From a virus: a stretch of 64,000 nucleotides of DNA. The stretch spans positions 20,316-84,315 of IMG/VR virus record IMGVR_UViG_3300020190_000032; one strand, written 5' to 3'. A program made the position numbers and the translations under genes. Shown one piece after another: positions 29,303 through 38,437 of this stretch (the first letter of the stretch is position 1; each line of letters begins with the position of its first letter). Under the pieces are notes generated by a model. The model searched no databases, had not been told where the DNA came from, and saw only the letters and a program-made list of their open reading frames with translations.

Positions 29303-30309
29303 TGTTGAGACTCGATGAAGACGTTGTTCGATTGCAGTTGCTGATTTATAGTGTCAAGTTCTTCTTGCCAACGTTTAATATCTGCTTCGTTATTTCGATT
29401 GCGGGCTTTTTCATATTCAAACGAAATATATTTATAAGTTCTAATAAGATCCTTCTGCTCTTGGTTTAGTGTGTCGCTCTTATTTGTAGCCTCGGAATCA
29501 TCTTGTCCAAGTATAAAAAGATTCTCAACATTTTTTAATTTAGTATCATGCGGATTACCATAACCAAAGACCGCGCTAAAATTTCTACCACTTTGATCAA
29601 TTTTGTTTGACCAAAAATCGCTTCTTTCTATACCTTTGCACACATATTCTATTAAGTAACAAACATCTGATTGTTTTTGGCCAAGATTTTTAAGATGCTT
29701 GTTAATAGCTTCAAGTTGCTTCGACGAAAGTGTACGAATTTTAGAATAACTTTCTGGCTTATGAGAATTCCAGCATTGAATAATGCTTGCAACTGTTTGC
29801 GGCCTTACAGGTTCTTCTTTCTTTAACATTTCTTTTTTGCTACTCGAAGCAGGTTGATCTAATTTCTGTTCTACAGGAAGTGCAACAACATTAACCGGCA
29901 GTTCATCTTGGTCTGTATAACCGAATTCGAACTTCACGGTAGGTATGAATTCGTCAATAATATTTTTATAGGCCGCATAAGGATCATGCATTGTCACGGT
30001 GCCATTATCTTCAACGGTGACAAAACCTTCTTCAACAAGTTGCGCTAGGCAACTCCTTCGTGCTTTTGTTGCACATCTCATCATCTTTTCGCAGTCAGCC
30101 CAGGAAATATTTTGAGCAGCGGGGTGAACCGCCGCCAGCCAGAGCCAGAGAAGTCGGGCCTGCTTTGTAAGCCGATTATTAAAAACTATTTCATTTAAAG
30201 GCGCTCTGACGAAACCACCCTGGTAGTCCCAGGGCCTTGCAACTTTGTTCAGGCGGCCAACAGGCAAGGCGTCGACTTCAGGCATTGGTTCGACAGGGAT
30301 CGCAAGCAC
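29299..30309 (-). CDS. Putative replication initiator (N-terminal winged HTH)
   Basis: LTKQARLLWLWL..CLAQLVEEGFV wHTH; C-terminal IIQCWN..RSDFW domain; immediately upstream of DnaB. Confidence 0.6.
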   Translation of the reverse strand: MLAIPVEPMPEVDALPVGRLNKVARPWDYQGGFVRAPLNEIVFNNRLTKQARLLWLWLAAVHPAAQNISWADCEKMMRCATKARRSCLAQLVEEGFVTVEDNGTVTMHDPYAAYKNIIDEFIPTVKFEFGYTDQDELPVNVVALPVEQKLDQPASSSKKEMLKKEEPVRPQTVASIIQCWNSHKPESYSKIRTLSSKQLEAINKHLKNLGQKQSDVCYLIEYVCKGIERSDFWSNKIDQSGRNFSAVFGYGNPHDTKLKNVENLFILGQDDSEATNKSDTLNQEQKDLIRTYKYISFEYEKARNRNNEADIKRWQEELDTINQQLQSNNVFIESQQ

Positions 30310-30344
30310 CTTAAGGGGGTAGTCAAGGGGGGTTGTTTAAATAC

Positions 30345-30430
30345 AGGTTGTCTTAAGCAACCTTTGGGGTTTCCTCAGGCTAGGTTTGGGGTATCCTTAG
30401 GCAACCTTTAGGGGTTTCCAAAGACCACCC
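30345..30430. repeat. Four ~20-bp iteron/operator-like repeats followed by a TA run
   Basis: aggttgtcttaagcaacc, ggggtttcctcaggctagg, ggggtatccttaggcaacc, ggggtttccaaagaccacc at about 22-nt period. Confidence 0.7.
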
Positions 30431-30473
30431 TACCTTTAATATATATATATAAGATTATTTTAGATTTTTTAAT

Positions 30474-30752
30474 ATGGGAAAACGGGGAAGACCAAAAAGG
30501 GAAAAACCGCTGACGGACGAGGAACTGGCACAAAGGAGAGCCCGTTACAACTCAACCCGGAAGCAAGCCCGTAGGCTGGCCTCACAGCAGCTCAAGGAGG
30601 AGCGACGGGAGTGGGAGGAAGTCGGCTGGATTGTCAGAAAAATGAATCGGGAAGCTGGGTTGAGTCAGGAAAGAATTTGGGAGCTGCTTGGTGGACTGGT
30701 AATTCGAAAGAAAATAAAAAAATGGTGCTCTGATGACTTCTCACCTCGTTAG
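30474..30752 (+). CDS. Putative HTH DNA-binding protein
   Basis: KRGRPK N-terminus; GLSQERIWELLGG HTH-like; divergent from the initiator gene. Confidence 0.5.
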   Translation: MGKRGRPKREKPLTDEELAQRRARYNSTRKQARRLASQQLKEERREWEEVGWIVRKMNREAGLSQERIWELLGGLVIRKKIKKWCSDDFSPR

Positions 30753-30776
30753 CCTGTTTTCACTCACCTGATACCC

Positions 30777-31478
30777 ATGCCTCAGGAACTCCCTCAACTG
30801 GGTGGCATTGCCACCAAAGATCTGGTCGAACATATTGGTAGTGGCAGCTTTAAAGCTTCATATATCAACTGGAGCCGTACTATGGAATTGCTCCGTAAAC
30901 ATGCTCCAGGTTGGATGGTGGAGCAAATTTTTATGGAAGATGGCAATTCTTTGCATGCCTCTCCGGTCGGCGCAAAAATTTACTTAAGGTTTCGCCATCT
31001 AGACGGAACAGTTACGACCGCTGTTCCTCAGGCCGTGATGGACCATCGAAATAATTCGATCCCTTACGACAAAATTACTTCTCGTGACGAGACTGATACG
31101 CACAGAAGAGGTTCTTGCCTGTTAGCTGCCTACCAGTTCGGATTGGCTTATGAGCTTTGGGCCAAGATGCCCTTGGAGAATGGCTATCAAGTTGCTGATG
31201 AGCAGACGATTGAAAAAGCTCGTCAGGGAACTGGTGCCACTTCAGACCCCAAGCCAACTGCTGCTAAGCTTGCGGCTACTCCTGCGGCAGAGGCAACAGA
31301 AGCTGACTTCATTAAGGCTTGTATCGCCAAAGGGCTAAATGAAGAGGCAGCAAAGAGTCTTGTTTCCAAGCTTAAAGGTGACTTCGGCAACGGAATCAAA
31401 ACCATTGCAGACAAAGATGAAGTATTTGTATCAAAACTTAATGCCAAATTTCAGGCTAGTCCAGGAGAGGATTATTGA
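30777..31478 (+). CDS. Sak3/DUF1071-like single-strand annealing protein
   Basis: SYINWSRTMELLRKHAP..AVMDHRNNSI..RRGSCL..FGLAYELW. Confidence 0.7.
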   Translation: MPQELPQLGGIATKDLVEHIGSGSFKASYINWSRTMELLRKHAPGWMVEQIFMEDGNSLHASPVGAKIYLRFRHLDGTVTTAVPQAVMDHRNNSIPYDKITSRDETDTHRRGSCLLAAYQFGLAYELWAKMPLENGYQVADEQTIEKARQGTGATSDPKPTAAKLAATPAAEATEADFIKACIAKGLNEEAAKSLVSKLKGDFGNGIKTIADKDEVFVSKLNAKFQASPGEDY

Positions 31479-31551
31479 TATTGACGACATAGCCAAAGAG
31501 CTTGCGCTGTTTTTTAATGGCGTTATCGTCAAAACTGAAGAAATCTTTTAG
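31441..31551 (+). CDS. 36-aa peptide resembling the cyanobacterial DnaX C-terminal motif
   Basis: IDDIAKELALFFNGVIV; fills the gap between the Sak-like gene and a hairpin. Confidence 0.4.
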   Translation: MPNFRLVQERIIDIDDIAKELALFFNGVIVKTEEIF

Positions 31552-31556
31552 GGGGC

Positions 31557-31585
31557 TTGACTGCCCCCTTTCTATTGATTATCCT
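31557..31585 (+). promoter_or_regulatory. Sigma70-type promoter for the sigma gene
   Basis: TTGACT-17 nt-TATCCT. Confidence 0.55.
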
Positions 31586-31607
31586 CTACCTGAATCTTTT
31601 TCTTTCC

Positions 31608-32402
31608 ATGGCCGCCGACTGCGACACCGTCAAATTTTGGCTTGATGCTGCGGGTCGCTATCCAGTTCTAAAAACCGATCAAGTTTTATTGCTTGCTAAG
31701 CAGATCCAATCAAATTCTCCCGAGAGTCTTGCGTACAAAAAGGCATTACAAAAACTTGTACGACATAATCTTAAATTGATCCCAACGGTTGCTCGTCGGG
31801 CAATGAGAAATAAATATGGCAAAAACTTTGGTGGCAGTTACACGGAAGATGTATTTCAGTGTGGCGTTGTTGGATTAATGCGAGCTGCTCAAAAATTCGA
31901 TCCAACTCGTGGTTATGCTTTTAGCACTTACGCGGTTGGATGGATTTACCAAGCCATGCAACGTGATCTTTATAACAATATGTCCCCAATCCGTGTCCCT
32001 GAAAATACAATTAGAGAATATTACACAATATTTGTTAAGTCAAATGACAACCTTGCCCTTTCTGACGTAGACCCTAAAAAGATGATTCGATACATGGATA
32101 CGGCAAGTGCAATTCGCTGCAGATCATTGGATACCTATAGGCCCTCAGGGCACGCTGAAGATGGGCTTACAGAAGGCATTGAAGTCGCGTCCGATGACAG
32201 TCCTAAGGGTATTGAGCCTATTGACAAAATCATCGACATGTCTGACTGTTCAGACCTAGCCAAGCAAATGGTCTTGGATTACTACCAGGATAATTTGACG
32301 ATGCTTGAAATTGGTGAAAAAAATGGAGTTTCAAGGGGTCGGGTTTCCAAAATGATTCAAGCATGCCTCAAGGATCTCCGCGAGAAGTTATCGGCGGTAT
32401 AA
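31608..32402 (+). CDS. RNA polymerase sigma-70 family factor (RpoD-like, regions 1.2, 2 and 4)
   Basis: WLDAAGRYPVL, LVRHNLKLI, GLMRAAQKFDPTRGYAFSTYAVGWI, LTMLEIGEKNGVSRGRVS. Confidence 0.9.
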   Translation: MAADCDTVKFWLDAAGRYPVLKTDQVLLLAKQIQSNSPESLAYKKALQKLVRHNLKLIPTVARRAMRNKYGKNFGGSYTEDVFQCGVVGLMRAAQKFDPTRGYAFSTYAVGWIYQAMQRDLYNNMSPIRVPENTIREYYTIFVKSNDNLALSDVDPKKMIRYMDTASAIRCRSLDTYRPSGHAEDGLTEGIEVASDDSPKGIEPIDKIIDMSDCSDLAKQMVLDYYQDNLTMLEIGEKNGVSRGRVSKMIQACLKDLREKLSAV

Positions 32403-32432
32403 TTTAAGGTACTCGCCCTTTTGGGTAACGCA

Positions 32433-32789
32433 ATGGCATCTATCGCCCTCGCCGGCAAAGTGGTCGGCAAAAACGGTGAATCCCCTGTCTCTCTTAAAGA
32501 AGGCAAGGATTATACAATTGCTTCCTTTTCCATCAAGGACAGCACTTATTGCTACTTCAAGAATAAGGATGACAATCCCGGTCAGTTTTATCGCTGTGAG
32601 GTTCTCGGCAAGCAGGCAGCCCTGGCTGCAGAGCGCCTGAAGCGTGGAGACCGAGTTGCTGTGTCTGGTCAGCCTGTCTGGCGTGAATACAATGGCAACA
32701 AGTATCTTGATGTAAAGAATTGCCAGATCACCTTCCTGGAGGATCTTGCAAAAACTGGTACAAGCAGTTCTGGTGAAGACTTGTTCTGA
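32433..32789 (+). CDS. ssb: Single-stranded DNA-binding protein
   Basis: IALAGKV..FYRCEVLGKQA..LKRGDRVAVSG; acidic tail EDLF. Confidence 0.85.
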   Translation: MASIALAGKVVGKNGESPVSLKEGKDYTIASFSIKDSTYCYFKNKDDNPGQFYRCEVLGKQAALAAERLKRGDRVAVSGQPVWREYNGNKYLDVKNCQITFLEDLAKTGTSSSGEDLF

Positions 32790-32906
32790 CTGAGGAATTC
32801 TGTAAAATTCCTTTGAAGAACTGGTAAACCACATGGTGGGAGCAGCGATTGCTGTTCTCACCATTTTTATTCCATTATCAGTTGTCTTGTTAGACAGCAA
32901 AGGGCC

Positions 32907-33326
32907 ATGCTCACAGCAAAACAACGGTCAATGTTACCTGGTGGACTAGGTCCATTGGTTGATGAAAATCCGTTGTTAACCCATGCCCATATTAGACCTT
33001 ACATTATTGCGATTTTATTACATCGTGGTGGTGTTCGTTTCGATGAAATTCTTTCAGCGCTTACTCCGCATGCCGCTCAAATTGACTTGAAGGTTGGAGC
33101 TTACGGAGAGCTTGATGATTGCGATCCCGATAAATCAAGGCTTGAACTGCTCACTGAAGAAGTGCTTGCGGAAATGCTAATAGAACGGCTGATTAGATAT
33201 AATGACGAAAAAGATCTCTGGGTCCTTTCCAACGGGAAAAAACAAAATAATTTGACAACCATTATTGCATGGGCTTCTGTTACTGGCGGACAAATTCCAC
33301 ACCATCTTTTAATTGATGTCGATTAA
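32907..33326 (+). CDS. Hypothetical protein
   Basis: 139 aa ORF in the co-oriented operon. Confidence 0.55.
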   Translation: MLTAKQRSMLPGGLGPLVDENPLLTHAHIRPYIIAILLHRGGVRFDEILSALTPHAAQIDLKVGAYGELDDCDPDKSRLELLTEEVLAEMLIERLIRYNDEKDLWVLSNGKKQNNLTTIIAWASVTGGQIPHHLLIDVD

Positions 33327-33327
33327 A

Positions 33328-33579
33328 ATGAAAAAACTTGAAGCTAAAATTAAGCAGAAAAAATTACACCTTGAAACTGCAGCATGGATGAACAAGCATC
33401 CATACCCACTTCCTTTGTTTAGCAAGGGTCAAGAGGTTGAGGTTTACCGAGGAGCAGTTTGGAACCTTGGAACTGTGATTGAAAGCACAAGTAGGGGCTG
33501 TATTGTTAAAATGGAAGAACCTCTAGGCGATATTCGGGTTTACGACGCTCGTTGTATTCGACCGACTGCCAAGCTCTGA
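33328..33579 (+). CDS. Hypothetical SH3/Tudor-like protein
   Basis: FSKGQEVEVY..W..GTVIE pattern. Confidence 0.5.
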   Translation: MKKLEAKIKQKKLHLETAAWMNKHPYPLPLFSKGQEVEVYRGAVWNLGTVIESTSRGCIVKMEEPLGDIRVYDARCIRPTAKL

Positions 33580-34020
33580 ATGAAACGTCAACTGCAAATT
33601 GCGTCGGCATGCGACGAGATCAAAACCTTACTGATTGATAAAAATCTTCGCTACGGAGATAGCGCTTTAAATCCAGTTCGAATTTTTAGCAAATCGGACG
33701 CAGTCGAACAAATTCTAGTTCGTATCGACGACAAACTCAGCAGGATTCAACGTGGTGCGGGGCTGATAGCAAGTGATGAAGATGTTGTCAATGATCTCAT
33801 TGGCTATCTTATTCTTTTGAAAATTGCTCTTAAGGAAAATATTCAGCCGGAACATGATTCAATCACTGGCAGTTTTTTTACCTCAAGAAGCGAGTACGAT
33901 AATATTTTATTACGCAATAACTCTGATTCCATAAATCGTAATGACGTGTGGGACGGAGCTGATATTGACTCTCCATTTGATTTTTATATTGATACTATTA
34001 ATTCACGCAGTCCCGATTAA
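33580..34020 (+). CDS. Nucleotide-modification-associated domain 1 (DUF1599-like) protein
   Basis: KNLRYGDS..ILVRIDDKLSRI..DLIGYLIL. Confidence 0.7.
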   Translation: MKRQLQIASACDEIKTLLIDKNLRYGDSALNPVRIFSKSDAVEQILVRIDDKLSRIQRGAGLIASDEDVVNDLIGYLILLKIALKENIQPEHDSITGSFFTSRSEYDNILLRNNSDSINRNDVWDGADIDSPFDFYIDTINSRSPD

Positions 34021-34379
34021 TGGACTACCCGGAAATCATACTGCCTTTGCGTTTAATGTCAAAGGCCAGGCCGAGAGTAACCAGCATGGGCACTTATATG
34101 CCAAAGCCTTATCAACTTTGGCGTAAAGAATGTGCTGATTTACTAAAAGAAGCTTGGCAAAGGCCTCCATTAGATCATCCTATAGCGGTAGAGATTGACT
34201 GTTATGGGACTGCTCGCGGTGATATTGATAATTATATGGGCGCTCTTTTTGATACTGCGAACGGAATAGTTTGGACAGACGACAGAGCTTCAATTATTCA
34301 ACGGGCGACAATCAGTTATTACAAGCGACCGATACTTGAGAGCTGCTGGAAGCTTAGGGTCTCAGACCTGCTAGAATAG
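34020..34379 (+). CDS. rusA: RusA-like Holliday junction resolvase
   Basis: KARPRV, GDIDNYMGALFD..GIVWTDD. Confidence 0.8.
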   Translation: MDYPEIILPLRLMSKARPRVTSMGTYMPKPYQLWRKECADLLKEAWQRPPLDHPIAVEIDCYGTARGDIDNYMGALFDTANGIVWTDDRASIIQRATISYYKRPILESCWKLRVSDLLE

Positions 34380-34396
34380 TCAGAGTTATCAAATTT

Positions 34397-35281
34397 ATGA
34401 CAGACTTCAAGGCGGAGGTTTGTTATTTTCAGCAAGACGGTGAATATCGTCGCCAAGCCGGTGAAAGCCAGTCGCACCTGAAATCAATACTGCTTAGTCC
34501 AGCCCATTACCAAGCCAACAGGAAACGTCGCTTTAGGGCGTCTTCTGTCATGACCATTGGCACTGCTACACATTGCAGGGCCTTAGAGGGCGACCAAACA
34601 TTTGAAAACAGTTTTGTCCTGAAGCCTGAAAATGTAAAATATACTACAAAAGAAGGCCGAGAGTGGCGTGACTCACAAGGGAATAAAACCATTCTCGTAA
34701 ATGACGGGATTGACCATCAATGGGATTGTGTAATGGGTATGACCGAGGCCCTGAGAAAGATGTCTTGGTTCGATCCGTCTCAGAAAGATTACAGAAAATA
34801 CAACGAAGTATCTTTCTACTGGGAAGAGATGGGCATTCCTTGTAAGGCAAGGCTTGATAGGATTCTTGTGACTGATGACGAAGTTCATGTTATCGACTTA
34901 AAGACCACGGATTCAATTTCTGTGGAAAAGTTTCAGAGTAAAGCAGTTGACCTTGGCTACGATTTTCAGGCGGGCTGGTATTCACATGCCGCTGAATTGG
35001 TGTACGAAAAGCCGGTCAGATTTACTTTTGTTGCAATTGAACGCAATGAGCCATGGTCTGTTGGCATTTTTGAGGTGCCACAAGACATGATGCAAGAAGC
35101 TAGGCGTAAAAACGAAAAAGCACTCAAGACCTTAAGGAAATGTTTGGATACTGGGGAGTGGCCAGGCATCCTTCCAGTCCCTAAAATCCTTGAGTACCCG
35201 CGCTGGTACACACCAATTTCCGATACAGTTAACCTAGAACCTGCCAACAGCAATAGCAATGACTTCGTCCCACTTTTCTGA
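34397..35281 (+). CDS. RecE/ExoVIII-like PD-(D/E)XK exonuclease (DUF3799)
   Basis: SQSHLK, GTATHCRALE, CKARLD..IDLKTT, GYDFQAGWY. Confidence 0.85.
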   Translation: MTDFKAEVCYFQQDGEYRRQAGESQSHLKSILLSPAHYQANRKRRFRASSVMTIGTATHCRALEGDQTFENSFVLKPENVKYTTKEGREWRDSQGNKTILVNDGIDHQWDCVMGMTEALRKMSWFDPSQKDYRKYNEVSFYWEEMGIPCKARLDRILVTDDEVHVIDLKTTDSISVEKFQSKAVDLGYDFQAGWYSHAAELVYEKPVRFTFVAIERNEPWSVGIFEVPQDMMQEARRKNEKALKTLRKCLDTGEWPGILPVPKILEYPRWYTPISDTVNLEPANSNSNDFVPLF

Positions 35282-35924
35282 TTGCAAGCTCGTTAGCATT
35301 ACTCCCAATGCGGAAGAACAACTTGTGTTCTTTGCTCGGGTTAGTAATCCGAAGGGCCAAGACAACAAGGATACGGCTCCTAAATTAATTAAATACTTAA
35401 TCACTCATAAGCATTGGTCGCCATTTCAATTGGCAGACATGACCATTGAGATTAATACAACAAGAGCAATCTCTGCGCAGATTTTGCGACATAGGGCCTT
35501 TACATTCCAAGAATTTTCTCAGCGATATGCTGACGTTGGACTTCTTGGGGCACCAATTGTGCCGCACCTTAGAGCGCAAGATTTTAAAAACCGTCAAAAC
35601 AGTACGGATGACTTAGCGGAAAGACTTGGAGCGGAAAAGCTCAGCTCTTTCTATAGAAGAATTTCTAACTTATTTGAGGAATCGGAGCATCTTTACGGTG
35701 AGATGGTTTCTGTCGGCGTGGCAAAAGAATGCGCAAGGAGTATTTTACCCTTGGCATCGCGAACTCGCTTGTATATGCATGGTTCAGTGCGTGATTGGAT
35801 ACATTATCTACAGGTTCGCAGTGGAGTTGAAACTCAACTTGAACATCGGGAGATTGCTTTAGCAATTCTTGAGATCTTTAAGCAGCAATTACCAAACACC
35901 TATGAGGCCGCATTCGGATCCTGA
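35259..35924 (+). CDS. thyX: FAD-dependent thymidylate synthase
   Basis: HKHWSPF, RHRAFTFQEFSQRY (RHRX7S), AKECAR. Confidence 0.95.
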   Translation: MTSSHFSDCKLVSITPNAEEQLVFFARVSNPKGQDNKDTAPKLIKYLITHKHWSPFQLADMTIEINTTRAISAQILRHRAFTFQEFSQRYADVGLLGAPIVPHLRAQDFKNRQNSTDDLAERLGAEKLSSFYRRISNLFEESEHLYGEMVSVGVAKECARSILPLASRTRLYMHGSVRDWIHYLQVRSGVETQLEHREIALAILEIFKQQLPNTYEAAFGS

Positions 35925-35926
35925 AA

Positions 35927-36115
35927 ATGTTAAAACCCAAAGTTTATCCGGTTCTGCTGCAGGCAATTGAAGAAGGAGTTCTTTATGGTTATAACAGGGC
36001 TCATAAGCATGTTGAAAAACCAGATGATATTCTTCTTGTAGATACCATTGTTAAATGCACCATGGAAGCGGTGCTGGAGTGGTTTGAGATTGAGGATAGC
36101 AATATGGCATCCTAA
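35927..36115 (+). CDS. Hypothetical protein
   Basis: AIEEGVLYGYNRAHKH, typical small cyanophage ORF. Confidence 0.55.
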   Translation: MLKPKVYPVLLQAIEEGVLYGYNRAHKHVEKPDDILLVDTIVKCTMEAVLEWFEIEDSNMAS

Positions 36116-36135
36116 CGGGATTCATAAATTAACTA

Positions 36136-36723
36136 GTGGCAGGTCATTGCTACGATTTCCGCAGGGGATACGAGATTAGAACCAAATATGGTAAGCATGA
36201 AAATGCTAACCAATTTAAAGCGTTCCAAGAATACTTAAGGATGGGCGCTAATCGCTCATTTGAACCTGTAGCAAAAACTGCAAGTGTAGATTCAAGTACA
36301 GTTCGTACTTGGGCTAAAAAGTTTGAATGGGAAAAAAGAGCAGCTCAATGGGATAAAGAGCAGGTTGCTATGACTTGGCGTGATGCAGATAAGATGCGCG
36401 AAAGGCGTCATAAGCAATCTATTATTGAATTTAGAGATGCATCTGAGCGGCAAGCTCGTATGATGATGGAAATCTCTGAAGACCTTCTTTGCGTTCTAAC
36501 TAAAAGAGTTAAAGATGCTCAAGATCGAGGCGAGGAGGTCCCAATGGCTCTTGTTTCTGGTTTGCTTCGTGCAACGGCTAACATCACAGAGCAATCGAGA
36601 CAAGCCTGGGCATCTGCCTTAGGTGTGGAGGATATGCTACAGCTTGTGGAGCAGGAACTTGAACGAGTTACAGTCGAAGAGATTGACGAAGTAGATGATG
36701 ATATAATTGAGTTAGACGAATAA
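36136..36723 (+). CDS. terS: Putative terminase small subunit
   Basis: AFQEYL.MG..RS..VA..TVRTWAKKFEWEKRA HTH; upstream of TerL; late motif at 36106. Confidence 0.65.
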   Translation: MAGHCYDFRRGYEIRTKYGKHENANQFKAFQEYLRMGANRSFEPVAKTASVDSSTVRTWAKKFEWEKRAAQWDKEQVAMTWRDADKMRERRHKQSIIEFRDASERQARMMMEISEDLLCVLTKRVKDAQDRGEEVPMALVSGLLRATANITEQSRQAWASALGVEDMLQLVEQELERVTVEEIDEVDDDIIELDE

Positions 36724-36728
36724 AACAA

Positions 36729-36899
36729 ATGGAAGATCAAAAATTAAGAGTCATTGAAAACGAAGACGGCAGTCTCACTATTGAATGGGACGAAGATCAT
36801 CCGTTTGCTTCCATTTTTGAAAGCTGGACTGAGGATGACTGGGTTGAATCTATTCGCCTTGGCAGTGAAAGAGCCAAGGAACTAGAAAATGGCCAATAA
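36729..36899 (+). CDS. 56-aa acidic hypothetical protein (not in ORF track)
   Basis: MEDQKLRVIENEDGSLTIEWDEDHP; fills the terS-terL gap. Confidence 0.55.
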   Translation: MEDQKLRVIENEDGSLTIEWDEDHPFASIFESWTEDDWVESIRLGSERAKELENGQ

Positions 36900-38409
36900 A
36901 CTCGGCAGGGATTACTTACAAAAATCAGCAAGATCTCAGGGGATGCTTAAAGCCCTGAGAGAAAAGAAGCTGCAATTAAAAGAGAAAGGGGAACGAATAC
37001 TTCTTCATAAATTCATCAAAGAAGTTTATCCAAATTACAAGTTCTATAAATTTCACGCCGTATTAATTAAACAACTTCAACGGATTATTGACGGAGAATG
37101 CACAAGGCTAATTTTGCAGGTTCCGCCAAGAACGGGGAAAAGTCTTCTCAGTTCTCAGTTACTTCCTGCTGCATACCTGTTGGCGCATCCAGATCGGTTT
37201 GTAGGTATATCTTCTTATTCGGCAGAACTTAGTCAAGGATTCTCCCGCAAGGCTAGGGACTTCTTTAAAGAAGCTGGAGGGCAGCTAGACCCCACCTCTC
37301 AGGCCGTGAATGCCTGGGGGACCCAGGGCGGTGGTGGTTTATGGGCGGCAGGTGTTGGGGGTGCCATTACGGGCCGTTCTGGCCACCTCCTCATTATTGA
37401 TGACCCCGTTAAAAACAGGGAAGAAGCCGAAAGTCCTCGTTTGATGGAAAAGCTTTGGGACTGGTATGCATCAACCCTGTATACACGTTTGGAGCCTGAG
37501 GTTGGATCTATTGTTGTCATTCAGACTAGATGGTCTGAAACAGACATGATTGGACAACTTATTGAAAACGAGCTTAATGTAAGCGAACGAGGTAGAGAGA
37601 ATTGGACTATTGTTGATTTACCTGCATTGTTTGAGGATGAAGGAAGTCGTCCACCCTTACCTGGGCATTGTGAAGTAGTGCCCGATTGGCGAGAAGAAGA
37701 AGGTCAGGCATTATGTCCTCAAAGGTATGACGAGGAAGATTACGAAAGGATTAGGGAAGCAATTGGAGCGCGAGAATTTGCCTCGCTTTATCAACAAAGA
37801 CCCGCCCCGGTTGGCGGTAACATGTTCAATCCTGATTGGTGGCAATATTATGAACATGATACAATTATGCCGGATTTTAGCAGAATAATGCTTTCTGTTG
37901 ACTGTACCTTTACGGACGCAAATACGAGTGACTTTGTTGTCGGCGCTGTTATTGGCCAAGCGGGTAATTCATTTTATGTTTTAGATTTATTTAGGGAAAA
38001 AACTGACGTTATTGGCACTATGTCAATGATTTCAAGAATGTACAAACGACACGTCCTTGACGGAACAGTTATTGAACTTGCTGCAAGTGGTTATGCTGTT
38101 TATCAAATGGCCAAAAAGAAAATTCCAGGATTGATTGGATTCAAGCCAGAAAAGAGCAAAGAGGCTAGGGCTGCTGGCATTGTTCCTGTGGTTGAAGCTG
38201 GAAATGTCTATTTGCCCGCTAGCGCTCCTTGGCTTGATGCCTTTATATCAGAATTTAGTTTGTTCCCAGCGGCAAAAAATGACGACCAGGTTGACGCTGT
38301 GACAATGGCGATCAACTATTGCCTTCAAAGAACCGCACCTCAGTTGACTCAGGTTACTTGGGGTAGGGGCACAAGATATATTGATGAAGGCAGTATCTAT
38401 AACTCATAG
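36889..38409 (+). CDS. terL: Terminase large subunit
   Basis: VPPRTGKS Walker A, LLIIDDP Walker B, IQTRW, YQQRP, SVD, NDDQVDA nuclease. Confidence 0.95.
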   Translation: MANKLGRDYLQKSARSQGMLKALREKKLQLKEKGERILLHKFIKEVYPNYKFYKFHAVLIKQLQRIIDGECTRLILQVPPRTGKSLLSSQLLPAAYLLAHPDRFVGISSYSAELSQGFSRKARDFFKEAGGQLDPTSQAVNAWGTQGGGGLWAAGVGGAITGRSGHLLIIDDPVKNREEAESPRLMEKLWDWYASTLYTRLEPEVGSIVVIQTRWSETDMIGQLIENELNVSERGRENWTIVDLPALFEDEGSRPPLPGHCEVVPDWREEEGQALCPQRYDEEDYERIREAIGAREFASLYQQRPAPVGGNMFNPDWWQYYEHDTIMPDFSRIMLSVDCTFTDANTSDFVVGAVIGQAGNSFYVLDLFREKTDVIGTMSMISRMYKRHVLDGTVIELAASGYAVYQMAKKKIPGLIGFKPEKSKEARAAGIVPVVEAGNVYLPASAPWLDAFISEFSLFPAAKNDDQVDAVTMAINYCLQRTAPQLTQVTWGRGTRYIDEGSIYNS

Positions 38410-38437
38410 TGATACACTGGTATAAATAGTTATTTAA

